IMG/VR virus record: IMGVR_UViG_3300025534_000004
Coordinates: 32,001-96,000 of that record
Length of the DNA stretch: 64,000 nucleotides
Reading direction: 5' to 3' (one strand)
Source: a virus
Below the pieces are notes generated by a model, which did not search any database, was not told where the DNA came from, and worked only from the letters and a program-made list of their open reading frames with translations. Of this stretch, positions 39,560 through 49,483 are shown one piece after another; position 1 is the stretch's first letter, and each line of letters begins with the position of its first letter. The translations under genes and the position numbers were made by a program.

Positions 39560-39892
39560 ATGGACCCCAACAGCCTCAAGCCCAACCTGCTGAGCACCGT
39601 GTTCGCAGGTGTGCAGATCGACGTGAACCTCGACGCCTACGGGATACACGCTTTGGAACGAGCGGTGGCGACCAAGGACCCGGATTTCGAGCGCCATCAC
39701 GGCTTGGACATGTGGGTCGTCGAACTCGTGTTCCGTCCAGAATTCGCCGAGGACAAGGTCACGGGGCAGAAGCGCGCACCCATCGAGATCACGCACCTTG
39801 CCCATAAGGGCCTCGCCGATGCACTGGCGCAGGCGTTCACAGCAAGCCTCGTCGCAGCGCAGCAGGACCGGGAGAAACGGGCCAGTGCGTAA
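39560..39892 (+). CDS. Hypothetical protein
   Basis: ORF track. Confidence 0.55.
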   Translation: MDPNSLKPNLLSTVFAGVQIDVNLDAYGIHALERAVATKDPDFERHHGLDMWVVELVFRPEFAEDKVTGQKRAPIEITHLAHKGLADALAQAFTASLVAAQQDREKRASA

Positions 39893-40078
39893 CCCCGCCA
39901 CTCGCGCCGACGCCTGCCGTGCAGCCCTTGCAATCGTGTGGGTGATAGCTCTCCTATGCGTCGGGGGCGCAGGACTGATCGTGTACTGGAAGGGCTGGCC
40001 GTTTCCTGTGCCATAAAGGGCAGGCCGGAGCCCGCATTTGAGAAAACACCGCGTTTCGAAAACAGGGAACGACGCAGA

Positions 40079-40354
40079 ATGAAGGGTTGGTGGATCAGTC
40101 TGCGGTACCCGACACCCGTCATGCCTTGGAGTGCGGAGGCCGAGACATTGTGGGAGCCGGTCTACCGGTGGCTCAAGGAGAGGAGCCGCTATGGCACGGT
40201 GCGATACCGGCCTGATGGCATGACAGTCATCGAGACCGGCTACCGCGTGGAAACCAAGCCGTACGCGGTCTGGTTGGAGCATGAGACCGATGTCGTCATG
40301 TTCCAGATTTGCTGGCCCGAATGGGTCGTGCGGATCGAAGAGGGCGTGCGGTAA
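40079..40354 (+). CDS. Hypothetical protein, ExExDxxxFxLxW family
   Basis: WLKER...VWLEHETDVVMFQICW. Confidence 0.6.
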   Translation: MKGWWISLRYPTPVMPWSAEAETLWEPVYRWLKERSRYGTVRYRPDGMTVIETGYRVETKPYAVWLEHETDVVMFQICWPEWVVRIEEGVR

Positions 40355-40575
40355 GGGACCCCGGCACGGAAGCCCCTTCGTGTGTCCGGCGACCAATCCC
40401 TCCCACTGGTCGATGCCCTTACCGACTCCTTTCGAGGAATGACGGACCGACGGACAATAATCGTCTCCGCACCGGATTTTTCCGGTTGACGCGTTCGGGG
40501 AATGGTTTAGAACGGTGCCTGCGGATGCGTCTGTATCCGGCCTTCCCAGCAACCCCGGCGACTGTCGAGGATCAT

Positions 40576-41148
40576 ATGACCAACGACGAAATCCAGAATG
40601 CTTTCGCGCGTCTTGATGCCAGCTATAACAAGCTGCTGGCGGCATGGGACGCCCTCAAGGAAGCGACTGGTGGTAACATTGGTGACCTCCCGGCGATTGA
40701 ATCCCATCATCCGGCACTGGTGCAGCGCCTCAATTACTGCGCCCAGAAGTTCTTCGTCACGGCCGAGGGGATCGTGTCTCGCTTGGAGGCCACCGATCTT
40801 GGCGAGCGGGCCAAGCGGTTCTCGGACGTGCTGTTCAACTTCGATAACCGCCGTGTACAGCTTTCGAGCGATCTCGTCCTGCCCGAGGAGATGGAGCATT
40901 ACCGGCAGGTCCATTCCGAAGAATGGTCCCGCATCAGGCAAGAATTGATCCAGCGGGCATGGGAGCGGTTCCGCGCCGCCGATCCGGAGGCCGCCCTCTA
41001 TATCTATCCCGTGGTGCTCGCACGGCAGTTACTCACCCTCTACAAGGTGAGGTTCGATGTGCGCGCTACCATCATGGTCCACGGCAAGCCTTTTAACGGT
41101 TGGGACGCGTTCAGCATCCGGTATCAGGACATGATTCTGGGGGCCTGA
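40576..41148 (+). CDS. Hypothetical protein
   Basis: GAGGA RBS; promoter with box at 40470-40487. Confidence 0.65.
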   Translation: MTNDEIQNAFARLDASYNKLLAAWDALKEATGGNIGDLPAIESHHPALVQRLNYCAQKFFVTAEGIVSRLEATDLGERAKRFSDVLFNFDNRRVQLSSDLVLPEEMEHYRQVHSEEWSRIRQELIQRAWERFRAADPEAALYIYPVVLARQLLTLYKVRFDVRATIMVHGKPFNGWDAFSIRYQDMILGA

Positions 41149-41561
41149 TGGCGAGCCAACTCGGCAAGCGCCCCGGCGAGCGCCTCCCCGACAACCCGTT
41201 GTGGGGGCGCTTGATCTCCGCCGTCACGGACCTCGTGACGGCGAAGGATAATGCCAACCGTTGGTGCGGAGGGCGTGGCGAACGGTCCGAGCTTGGCTTC
41301 CACTGGTTCTGGTCACGCTTCCCCACACCGGACATGCTGCCCGAGGTCATTCGCAGCCGCCACGATTTCAGGTACGACCGCTGCATCGACCTCAACATTA
41401 TACTCGATGATGGCGATGTGATCACGATCTACCAGATCGACGTGGATGTAAGCCCGCCACGGCGCGTCGTCGAGGCATATGCGACGAGCCGTGAAGCTGC
41501 CGCGAAGCTGATGCTGTTCGGAGAAGCCTTCATCGACGAGATCAAGGCGCAGATGGCATAG
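41148..41561 (+). CDS. Hypothetical protein
   Basis: TGATG coupling. Confidence 0.55.
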   Translation: MASQLGKRPGERLPDNPLWGRLISAVTDLVTAKDNANRWCGGRGERSELGFHWFWSRFPTPDMLPEVIRSRHDFRYDRCIDLNIILDDGDVITIYQIDVDVSPPRRVVEAYATSREAAAKLMLFGEAFIDEIKAQMA

Positions 41562-41566
41562 AGGGA

Positions 41567-41645
41567 TGGTGCCGGGAGTGGGACTCGAACCCACGATGAA
41601 TGCCGGTTTACAAAACCGGTGCCGTCGCCGCTGGGCCACCCCGGC
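41567..41645 (-). tRNA. tRNA-Thr(TGT)
   Basis: Cloverleaf; CCGGT-TTTGTAA-ACCGG anticodon arm; TTCGAGT T-loop; ACCA end. Confidence 0.88.
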
Positions 41646-41649
41646 GAGA

Positions 41650-41725
41650 TGGTGCTGGTGAGAGGAATCAAACCTCTGGCCTGCGGGTTACGAATCCGCT
41701 GCTCTATCGACTGAGCTACACCAGC
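41650..41725 (-). tRNA. tRNA-Thr(CGT)
   Basis: 76-nt cloverleaf; TTCGTAA loop; ACCA end; TAAATA at 41735-41740 just upstream. Confidence 0.88.
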
Positions 41726-41737
41726 CCACCGCGCTAT

Positions 41738-42436
41738 TTACCACAGCAGATCGAAGCGGCCCATCATGATCCGCTCGACCGGTGCCTTGCGTCCGGTCTG
41801 GTGGTCGATGACGATGCCGTTCTGGAACTGGTAGGTCCTGCGTTTGTCCGATCTCTCGCCGGTACCAACATGCACTCGCCGAACCCCGTTGACGGCTGCC
41901 CCCGCGACCTGCCTTGCCAGCCGGTCAAGCTCCGCATGGATGGCCGCCATGGCAGCCGCGAGGCTGTTCTCCCGCGAGCGGGTCTGCGCCGTCTTGACGA
42001 TGCCGGTCGGGATGTGGCGCACACGGGCGGATGCCTGAACCTTGTTCCGGTTCTGGCCGCCGGGTCCGGTACCACTGAAAAAGGAGATGTCGAAGTCGTC
42101 CTTGGAACGCCGCTGGTAGGGCGTGAGATCAGCATGATGGCCGCCGAGCACGGCTACCGTCACGGTACTGCTGTGGACGCGTCCCCGTTTCTCCGAGCGC
42201 GGGACGCGCTGGATGCGATGACCCCCACACTCATTGTCGAGTTTTTCGGCTCCTGAGCCCTCGATCACGAGGGTAAGGGAATGATGTCCGGCGCGCATGT
42301 CCGGAGCCTCGGACGCGCGAGCTTTTCAACCCTCTTTCAGGGCGAGACGCAGATAGGCAGAAGCCAGTTCGGCCACGAATTGGCGAGCATCTTGGCCGCC
42401 CTCGGCGGCACGAAGCTCGATGGTACGCTTGGTCAC
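41738..42436 (-). CDS. Short class-I peptide chain release factor (RF1-like, lacking domain 1), interrupted by in-frame TGA at 42326-42328
   Basis: GGAGG RBS plus GTG 42436: TIELRAAEGGQDA..F...LASAY...EG*K...ECGGHRIQRVP.SEKRGRVHSST...GPGGQ...HIPTG...RSDKRRTY. Confidence 0.85.
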
Positions 42437-42468
42437 GATGTCCTCCTTTGTGGAATGACCGTGCGTAT

Positions 42469-43389
42469 TTAGGATTGCTCTTGGTCGCCGTCCTGACTGC
42501 CGAAAATCATGTCGAGGGCAGTCCTGATCCGGGCCATGTTCGAGAAGGATTGATACTCCCCCGTCACCATGTTGTAGATGGCGGCGCAGCCATAGCCGAG
42601 CGACGGGGAGGAGTACGACAGGGCCGCCTCGATCAGATGCTTGCGCCGCGCATCCTCATGGTCGTAGCGCACTTCGAAGCGGGCGTAGTTGTTCTCCGAC
42701 CGCGACACCTTCACGCTGGCGAGCAGCTTCTTCGGCGAGCGGCTCGACCACCCGTCCGGACGCTTGCGCGGCTCCTCGACCTCCACCTCGCCATAGGGCT
42801 CGCAAACCGCCTTGAGGTCGGCCACGACTTTCCGCATCGCGGCGAAGGCATCGAACTTGGAGGCGGTCATCTCGACCGACCTGATGATCCTCGGATTGAG
42901 CACCAACAACTGCACCTCGGAGGCGTGGATCGACCCCGTGTCATCGAAGATGGCGTCCCAGCCGAGAGCGCGCAGCACCTTGTTCCAGCGGGCCTTGCCA
43001 CCGCCCTCGCCGAGGATCATGGAGTGGCGCATACACTCCCACGCCATGTCCAGCTTCCTTCGCCGATCCTCCGGCGGATACCGGGTGATTTGTTCCTCGA
43101 AAACGGCCGTCGCCTTGGTGGCGTCGAGCATGGCGGCGAGTTGCTCATCCGTCGTCTGGCTGTAATCGAGGATGCGGGCGTCGGGTGCGAGAGCCACCGT
43201 GAACTTGTATTTCTTGGTGGCCCACATGCTGGTCCCCGGCTTGAAGCTTTCCGGGAAGAAATAGATGCCGAGCGGGTCCTGATGAAATGGCTTGAGGTTG
43301 ATGGTCATCATCTCGTGGTCCGAATAATGGACCCAGCGGCCGGTATTCCAGTCCTCAAGGGACTCCTGAATGATCTCTCTGTAACGCAT
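42469..43389 (-). CDS. ADP-ribosyltransferase-like fold protein with virion leader
   Basis: WVHYS...PLGIYFFP...LGWDAIFD...E..LLVLNP; leader MRYREIIQE; TAAATA at 43418. Confidence 0.55.
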   Translation of the reverse strand: MRYREIIQESLEDWNTGRWVHYSDHEMMTINLKPFHQDPLGIYFFPESFKPGTSMWATKKYKFTVALAPDARILDYSQTTDEQLAAMLDATKATAVFEEQITRYPPEDRRRKLDMAWECMRHSMILGEGGGKARWNKVLRALGWDAIFDDTGSIHASEVQLLVLNPRIIRSVEMTASKFDAFAAMRKVVADLKAVCEPYGEVEVEEPRKRPDGWSSRSPKKLLASVKVSRSENNYARFEVRYDHEDARRKHLIEAALSYSSPSLGYGCAAIYNMVTGEYQSFSNMARIRTALDMIFGSQDGDQEQS

Positions 43390-43637
43390 GGAAGGTCCAC
43401 GGTGGTGGTGGAGCCCGTATTTATCCGGGGGTGAGCAACGCCCGTGGCTGTTCGAACCGTGTGAATTCGGTTGACAGAACCGCGTATTGTGGTAGAGTGG
43501 TGCCCAGAATGGGATTTCACCGAATGGGCGCCTTCGAGCTTCGCGAACCGACCGCCGACCTTGCGAATCCGGATTTCGGCGGGCGCGCGAAGCACGGCCA
43601 TGCGGCCATTCGGATGTTCTCCAAGGGAAACTGAACC

Positions 43638-43991
43638 GTGTCCGAGCCTGTTCTCCACGAAGGCGTCAAGGTCTACGAGGGCCGCCCGTCAGATGACGCC
43701 ATGCTGGCCCGGATGCGGCGGGACAAGATCACCCGCCTCGTCGAGGCGATCCGCTGGGAGCACAGCTACAAGCCCGCCAGCGCCGCCGATATGGCGACGC
43801 CCGAAGCCTATACGGCGCACCTCAAGAGGCTGCGCCGTTATGGCGTCCGGGTCTGGGCGGAGCCCGCCATCGGCAAGGAGACGTACACCTACAGGATGCG
43901 CGGCGACGGCCGCGTCGTGCGGTCGTCGGTTCCGGTAGAGATCGACCGGTACCTGACCATCGCCGAGGGCGGCGAAACCCTCGCAGCATGA
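43638..43991 (+). CDS. Hypothetical protein
   Basis: RBS; upstream TTGACA-N16-TAGAGT with box at 43455-43472. Confidence 0.55.
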   Translation: MSEPVLHEGVKVYEGRPSDDAMLARMRRDKITRLVEAIRWEHSYKPASAADMATPEAYTAHLKRLRRYGVRVWAEPAIGKETYTYRMRGDGRVVRSSVPVEIDRYLTIAEGGETLAA

Positions 43992-44010
43992 ACATTTCCA
44001 ACCATCAGCA

Positions 44011-44295
44011 TTGAAGGACGCAAATGGCATGAGTTTCGCGTACTACGTCTGGGGCGGCCTGTTCCACAGCACCGAGGCTGCATGGGCGCCCGCGCCGAAC
44101 CCCGCTGACCTGATCGGCCCGCTTGAACTCTACGGCCCCTTCGCCACGGAAGCCGAAGCCGAACGCGAATGGCTCGGCGGCACGCGCCGCAGCGTGGACT
44201 CCTGTGCGCACCGGCTCATCGTGACCCGCCTGCCCGAGGCCGATGCCCCGGTATGGGTCGAGCAACTGCGAAACGCGGTCGCCGCGACGGCCTGA
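44011..44295 (+). CDS. Small hypothetical protein (DUF4170-like YVWGG...GPF)
   Basis: YVWGG.F...GPF.T..EA...W...VD motif; start uncertain. Confidence 0.55.
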   Translation: MKDANGMSFAYYVWGGLFHSTEAAWAPAPNPADLIGPLELYGPFATEAEAEREWLGGTRRSVDSCAHRLIVTRLPEADAPVWVEQLRNAVAATA

Positions 44296-44389
44296 ACCTC
44301 GACGACCGAGACGCCTTGTCGCTGGCGGCAGAGGGTGGATGGGGTCAGCCATCCATGCGCGGCCGGTGTGAGCCCGGCCGCCTGTCACA

Positions 44390-45151
44390 TCAGCCGATCA
44401 CGAACGGCATCCCCATGTGCTGCTCGATGAACTGCGTCAATTCATTGTCGAGCCGCTCGATCTCGGCGGCGGCCTCGGTCTTGAGCGCGTCGCCGTTCAG
44501 GGTGATGCCGCCCTGCGGTCCGGCGAGGTTGCCGAACTTGCTGCGGGCCTCACCTATGATCTGCTTGCAGATGGCGGTCGCGTAGTCACGAATCCACGGC
44601 CGCGCATACACGTCATTGAGGATGGCGCTCTCGGGGCGCGCATTGAACACGTGGAGCGCGATCTGCTCGACGGCGCCGAACCGTCGCTGCAAGGTCAGGC
44701 GCTTCGTGCTCGCATCCCAGATGAACATGATGTCGCGCCCGAACATCCGGCCGACCGTCTCCTGATACTGCATGGCGAAGTCGTAGAGTGCGAGCGTGCC
44801 CGAACCGCTGCCGAAGCTGCTGGGATTCTGTAGCAGGTACAGGTTGTTCGTCCACGCGAGGCTGAACGGGTCGATGGCTGCGCCGCCCGCCGTGCCGCCG
44901 ATGCTGCGGCGGTAGATGGCGCGCACCTCCTGAACCTCGTCCGGCAGGGTGTATGTGGCGACATCCGGCTGCACGTCGAGGAACACGAAGCTCTCCTCAA
45001 GGGAGTTGTCGCTGCGCTGCCGGTACCGACCGAGTGCCATGTCCACGGCGAGGTCGTAATGCTCGGGGTCCAATTCGAGGTCCACGATCTGCGCGCCAAG
45101 GCGCAGCTTGATCTCGTTGATGAGTTTCTGACGGAGCGACATCTCGGCCAT
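44390..45151 (-). CDS. Neck/head-tail adaptor protein (T4 gp13-like)
   Basis: LRLG..IVDLELD..H...WIRDY..A..K..IGEARSKF..L.GPQGG..LNG; TAAATA at 45179. Confidence 0.85.
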   Translation of the reverse strand: MAEMSLRQKLINEIKLRLGAQIVDLELDPEHYDLAVDMALGRYRQRSDNSLEESFVFLDVQPDVATYTLPDEVQEVRAIYRRSIGGTAGGAAIDPFSLAWTNNLYLLQNPSSFGSGSGTLALYDFAMQYQETVGRMFGRDIMFIWDASTKRLTLQRRFGAVEQIALHVFNARPESAILNDVYARPWIRDYATAICKQIIGEARSKFGNLAGPQGGITLNGDALKTEAAAEIERLDNELTQFIEQHMGMPFVIG

Positions 45152-45405
45152 GATGGGTATCCGGGTAAGGGGTGCCCCTATTTATCGGTTCGAACTAGTA
45201 TAATTTGGTTGACCACTTCGTGTTTTGGTCTAACCTCCGACGCGGATAATGAGGAATTTCCGCATGAGCCCTTTCCGCAAGCGCCTGATGGCTGCCGGGG
45301 GAGCCCCGCGCCGCCGTTGGTTCATCAGCGGCCTGCGTCCATGGCGGACCCGCCCGCTGCGTCATGGCCTCTGGATGCCATCGCTGCTGAGTGGGCGATG
45401 AACCG

Positions 45406-45828
45406 ATGAAGGCCATTCTTCTCGGCGCCGCGCTGGCCTTGATGTCCCCCGTGGCGGTCGCCCAGACTACCTTCGAGTTCCGTGACCCGGCTGGCCGCCA
45501 GACGGGGCGGGCCATCGAGCGGGACGGCGTTACGCGCTTCTACGACCCGGCCGGGCGGAACACCGGCCGTGCCGTCGAGGATGACGATACCCGTCGCTTC
45601 TACGACCCGGCGGGGCACCTTGAGGGACGCGCCCAAAGCAGCGGCAACACCACGCGCTTCTATGATCCCGCCGGGCGCTTGCAGGGCCGTGCGGTGGAGG
45701 ACGGGAATACCACCCGGTACTATGACCCGGCCGGGCGCCTCACCGGGCGCAGCGTACGCCGGGGCGACACCATCGAGACCTATGACCCCGCCGGGCGCCT
45801 CACCGGGCGCACCACGGTACGCCGCTGA
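45406..45828 (+). CDS. Secreted protein made of six 20-aa YD-like repeats (TRFYDPAGRxxGRA)
   Basis: Signal peptide; ~60-bp DNA periodicity. Confidence 0.75.
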   Translation: MKAILLGAALALMSPVAVAQTTFEFRDPAGRQTGRAIERDGVTRFYDPAGRNTGRAVEDDDTRRFYDPAGHLEGRAQSSGNTTRFYDPAGRLQGRAVEDGNTTRYYDPAGRLTGRSVRRGDTIETYDPAGRLTGRTTVRR

Positions 45829-45840
45829 GGAGGGCCGACC

Positions 45841-46023
45841 ATGAAGATCGGCAGCATTCCTTCCGGTTGGATCGCCATCACGGGCGTCTTGACCGCCGAG
45901 ACGAACCTCACGCTCCTCAAGCGCGTGGACGCGAAGGGCATCGACCACAAGGACCTTGATGCGGTCCGGCGCGAATGGGAAGCCCTCAAAGCCGAGCAGC
46001 GGACCGCGCAGGCCGGACCATGA
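45841..46023 (+). CDS. Small hypothetical protein
   Basis: GAGGAGG RBS. Confidence 0.5.
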   Translation: MKIGSIPSGWIAITGVLTAETNLTLLKRVDAKGIDHKDLDAVRREWEALKAEQRTAQAGP

Positions 46024-46788
46024 CCTCGTCGCGGGCGGCCGGTGCCGAGGGGCAAGCCTCGCGTTCCGGCCCACCCATATCCCCGTTTGGGACGACCACG
46101 ACCCACGGGTTCGCACAGATGGTCCGGGCGCCGGGGCCTAGCGTGTCGTAGCGCGCCGTGACCGCCTCGGGCCTGCCGATTAGCACCGCGCAGCCCGGCT
46201 CATTCTCCACGGCGCGCAGCAGGCGCACCCAGAAGGCGTCCGGTCCATCCGGGTGGTCCGGGAACCACAGTCCCACGTCCTGCGGCCCCGCCGCCTTGCC
46301 GTTTTCGTCCAGCAGAATGGCGGGCCTCGGGGGAATATCGGGTTCCAAGAATTCGAAGGCTGGCGGATCGGGTGGCATGGGCGCGAACATCAGCGCCAAC
46401 GGATGATCGTGCGCCACGGTGTACCGTTTCATGAAGCCTCCTCGGCGACCGAATGCAGCCGGGCAAATGATGCGCGCGGCCTCACGCATTATGCAGGATA
46501 TTGCTACGGAACAGCGCCAGCAAGGCGGCCTCCGCCTTGGGCACCACGAGACAGAAGTCGGCCCAAATCCGAGACATGGTGGTCCGGGGCGGAGTTCCGG
46601 ATCACGTAGCGCAGGATGCGCCAAAGCAGGATCGGACGCAGCGGGTCATCGTCGAGGCAGGCGCGAGCGAACCGGTAACGAGGCATCAGCGGTTCCTTCT
46701 GGGCGAGCTTAGCCTAGTACAAATGCCATTTCCGGCAAGGGATTTCGCCGGGCCTAAATAGGTCTAACCCCCTTTCATAGGTGCGCAA

Positions 46789-47880
46789 TTGCCCCGCTTG
46801 AGTCTTTGGGCGTCCGGCCGCAAAGGAGCCGATTACAAATTCATCGACCGCACGGTGTCGGAGTATTTCGGCGCGAGCGGTACCGCCGCCTACGTTCATC
46901 TCTATCTCGGCCCGCACGAACAACCGGATGGCGTCTACACGCCCGGCGCGGCCGGGGAGCAGGGTCAGGTGACCAACCAGTCCAACGTCACCAGCATTCA
47001 GGACGTGCTGTTTCTTGAGAACCGCGACCGGAAGTACAGCGACACGGTCTACGAGCTTCGCGCCATCTACAATGTCGGCGACGCCGATTTCGACCTGCGC
47101 CAGTTCGGCCTCTTTTTGCAGAACGACACCAAATTCATCGAGTTCCACCTCAACGACATGATCGCCGTGCTCGGCCGCAAGCTGATGCCGGGCGATGTGC
47201 TGGAACTCCCGCACGAGCGTGACGACGTGCTGCTCGATCCGAAAGCGCCCGCCATCAACAAATTCTACGTCGTCGAGGACGCCAACCGGGCGAGCGATGG
47301 CTATAGCGCGACATGGTGGCCGCATATCTGGCGCGTCAAGGTCACGCCGATGCCGGGCGCGCAGGAATATGCCGACATCCTCGACAAGCAGGCGCAAAAC
47401 CCCTTTGGCTTCGATCAGGGCCGCATCGGCGACCTGATGACCAGCATGGCGAACGAGCTTGGCCTCAACGAGGCGATTGTCGAGCAGGCCAAGGCGAGCG
47501 TGCCGAGGCGGTATTTCGAGACGCAGCATTTCTACATGGTGCCGGGCTCGAACAACTACGAGAACCCGTGGATTTTCGCGGGCGACGGCGTGCCCCCGAA
47601 CGGCGCGCAGCTTCTTGGCTCCGGCACCCAGTTCCCCAAAGATGCGGGGCTCGGCGAGTTCTACCTGCGCACCGACTACGACCCGCCGACCTTGTTCCGC
47701 CGCGCCGAGGACCGCTGGGTGATTCAGGAGGTGGACTACCGCCAGACCGATTGGAGCGTCGCGCACCGCCTGCTCAAGAGCTTCATCAACAACGACGCGA
47801 CCGCGCACCATCAGGATGGCACCGAGGCACCCGAGAAGGTCAACCTCTCGAAGGCGGTCAGGCCGAGGGCGGATTTCTGA
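46789..47880 (+). CDS. Neck/head closure protein (T4 gp14-like)
   Basis: PRLSLW...DYKFIDR...IQDVLFLENRDRKY...GDVLELPH...TWWPHIWRVK; TAAATA at 46755. Confidence 0.8.
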   Translation: MPRLSLWASGRKGADYKFIDRTVSEYFGASGTAAYVHLYLGPHEQPDGVYTPGAAGEQGQVTNQSNVTSIQDVLFLENRDRKYSDTVYELRAIYNVGDADFDLRQFGLFLQNDTKFIEFHLNDMIAVLGRKLMPGDVLELPHERDDVLLDPKAPAINKFYVVEDANRASDGYSATWWPHIWRVKVTPMPGAQEYADILDKQAQNPFGFDQGRIGDLMTSMANELGLNEAIVEQAKASVPRRYFETQHFYMVPGSNNYENPWIFAGDGVPPNGAQLLGSGTQFPKDAGLGEFYLRTDYDPPTLFRRAEDRWVIQEVDYRQTDWSVAHRLLKSFINNDATAHHQDGTEAPEKVNLSKAVRPRADF

Positions 47881-47883
47881 GCC

Positions 47884-48087
47884 ATGCCGCACACGCACAT
47901 CGTCCCACCGCCTTTGCGCATCGTTTTCAAGGGCTGGTGGACCTATCGTGAACTGAGCATGACCGAGGCCGAGGCATATCACCGCCGCAAGGCGGCCGAG
48001 GGTGGCCCGGATGCGGAATTCCATCTGCGTGAGGCGGAGGCGAACCGGGTCTGGGCGAACCGGGTCTGGGCGAAACGCGCACCTTGA
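47884..48087 (+). CDS. Small hypothetical protein
   Basis: ORF following the neck gene. Confidence 0.4.
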   Translation: MPHTHIVPPPLRIVFKGWWTYRELSMTEAEAYHRRKAAEGGPDAEFHLREAEANRVWANRVWAKRAP

Positions 48088-48113
48088 AAGTCGCGCCACC
48101 CTTCCGGTACAAT
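48084..48113 (+). promoter_or_regulatory. sigma70-type promoter TTGAAA-N18-TACAAT for the downstream RNA
   Basis: -10 element ends 6 nt before the RNA terminal stem. Confidence 0.6.
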
Positions 48114-48119
48114 GCGATC

Positions 48120-48358
48120 ATGCGCCGGGGCGGCGTGGGAAGTAGACACGCTATTAACCAAGTCGGTGGTGACGCGAGGGTGAGGCCGATCCCAGTGCAA
48201 TCGGCCAAGAGACCGTCGAGGGTACAGGGGGTTTGCACACATCCACCCCCTCAAGTCCCCTAAAGGGGCGGGTAGCGGTCGTCGGGACGCCGGAGTGGCC
48301 GTCCGCCTGAAATATCGGAAAATCCCTATGCCGGAGTAACGCCCGGCCCCCGGCGCAT
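48120..48358 (+). ncRNA. ~240-nt tRNA-like structured RNA
   Basis: 11-bp terminal stem ATGCGCCGGGG/CCCCGGCGCAT; D-like arm GCGTG..CACGC; T-like arm GCCGG-AGTAACGC-CCGGC; internal hairpins. Confidence 0.65.
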
Positions 48359-48428
48359 TCTCACCTCCCTCAAAGCGCCGAAGGACCCCGTAAATACGGT
48401 CTCCGAACCCATTTCAGGAGACCATTTC

Positions 48429-48674
48429 ATGGAATTCGATCCGACGAAGCCTTGGTACACCAGCCGCGCCGTGTGGGGCGGCCTGATTGCCATGCTGTCC
48501 TCCATCGCCCTCCTCACCGGGCATGTGATCTACCCCGATGTGCAGAACGCCCTTGTTGACCTGATCATGCAGGGCGTCAGCGTCGTCGGCGGCCTCATCG
48601 CTGTCTTTAGCCGCGTACGGACGACCCCGGCGGACAGCACGGCCGATCCAAAGACCGAGGTTTCCGAGCAGTAA
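48429..48674 (+). CDS. Putative holin
   Basis: KPWYTSRAVWG motif plus two TM helices; immediately upstream of the endolysin; TAAATA at 48391. Confidence 0.7.
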   Translation: MEFDPTKPWYTSRAVWGGLIAMLSSIALLTGHVIYPDVQNALVDLIMQGVSVVGGLIAVFSRVRTTPADSTADPKTEVSEQ

Positions 48675-48752
48675 GTCTTGCGGGACCGGGCGATCCCGGT
48701 CCCGCAAACCACAAAAATAAATACGTGCGCCAAGTTGATTTGGACGCACGTT

Positions 48753-49364
48753 ATGATCACTGCTTCCCTGCTGCGCGGTCTGTTTCCCGCGCTTCCCAAT
48801 CCAGAAGCGTTCGTTGCGCCTCTTACGAAGGTTTGTGCAAAGTACGGCATCAACACCAAGGCGCGTCTCGCTGCTTTTCTCGCGCAGGTTGGCCACGAGA
48901 GCGGTGGGTTCCGCTATCTCAAAGAGAACCTGAATTACTCGTCCGACGCGCTGCTCCGGGTGTTTCCGAAGTATTTCCCGACCCGCGCGCTCGCCGAGAG
49001 CTACGCCCGTAAGCCCGCGAAGATCGGCTCCCGCATCTACGCCAACCGCATGGGCAATGGCGACGAGGCGAGCGGAGACGGCTACAAGTTTTGCGGTCGC
49101 GGTGCGATTCAGCTTACCGGCAGGCAGAACTATGAGCGGTTCGCCGCCGCTATGGAGATGTCGCTCGACGACGCCATCGCCTATCTTGAAACACCGGAGG
49201 GGGCCTGCATGAGCGCGGGCTGGTTCTGGGCCGACAATGCCTTGAATGCCCTTGCCGACCGGGGAGACTTCGTGACGCTGACCCGGCGCATCAACGGGGG
49301 CACCAACGGTCTCGCCGACCGTCAGGCCCTCTACGCCAAGGCCAAGCGTCTGCTTGGCATCTGA
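48753..49364 (+). CDS. Endolysin, glycoside hydrolase family 19
   Basis: AAFLAQVGHESGG...ENLNYS...YANRMGNG...GRGAIQLTGRQNY...TRRINGGTNGL; TAAATA at 48718. Confidence 0.92.
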   Translation: MITASLLRGLFPALPNPEAFVAPLTKVCAKYGINTKARLAAFLAQVGHESGGFRYLKENLNYSSDALLRVFPKYFPTRALAESYARKPAKIGSRIYANRMGNGDEASGDGYKFCGRGAIQLTGRQNYERFAAAMEMSLDDAIAYLETPEGACMSAGWFWADNALNALADRGDFVTLTRRINGGTNGLADRQALYAKAKRLLGI

Positions 49365-49483
49365 TGCCTCTGGATATCTGGCCCTCCGTCCTGCGCGTAG
49401 CTTGCCAGCCGAACCAATGCATCCCAGTCCGGGCTAAATAAGTTCGGTTTTTGAGGCGCGACTGCGCAGGATTTGAGGAAGCC

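Noticed and set aside
45470-45815. CRISPR-like repeat/spacer pattern (TACGACCCGGCCGGGCG every ~60 bp)
   Set aside because: In-frame protein repeats with synonymous variation and similar intervening sequence; far from the TnpB gene
48120-48358. tmRNA
   Set aside because: Lacks the GGGGC 5' end, G3-U70 pair, CCA end and an evident tag frame; has a paired D-like stem
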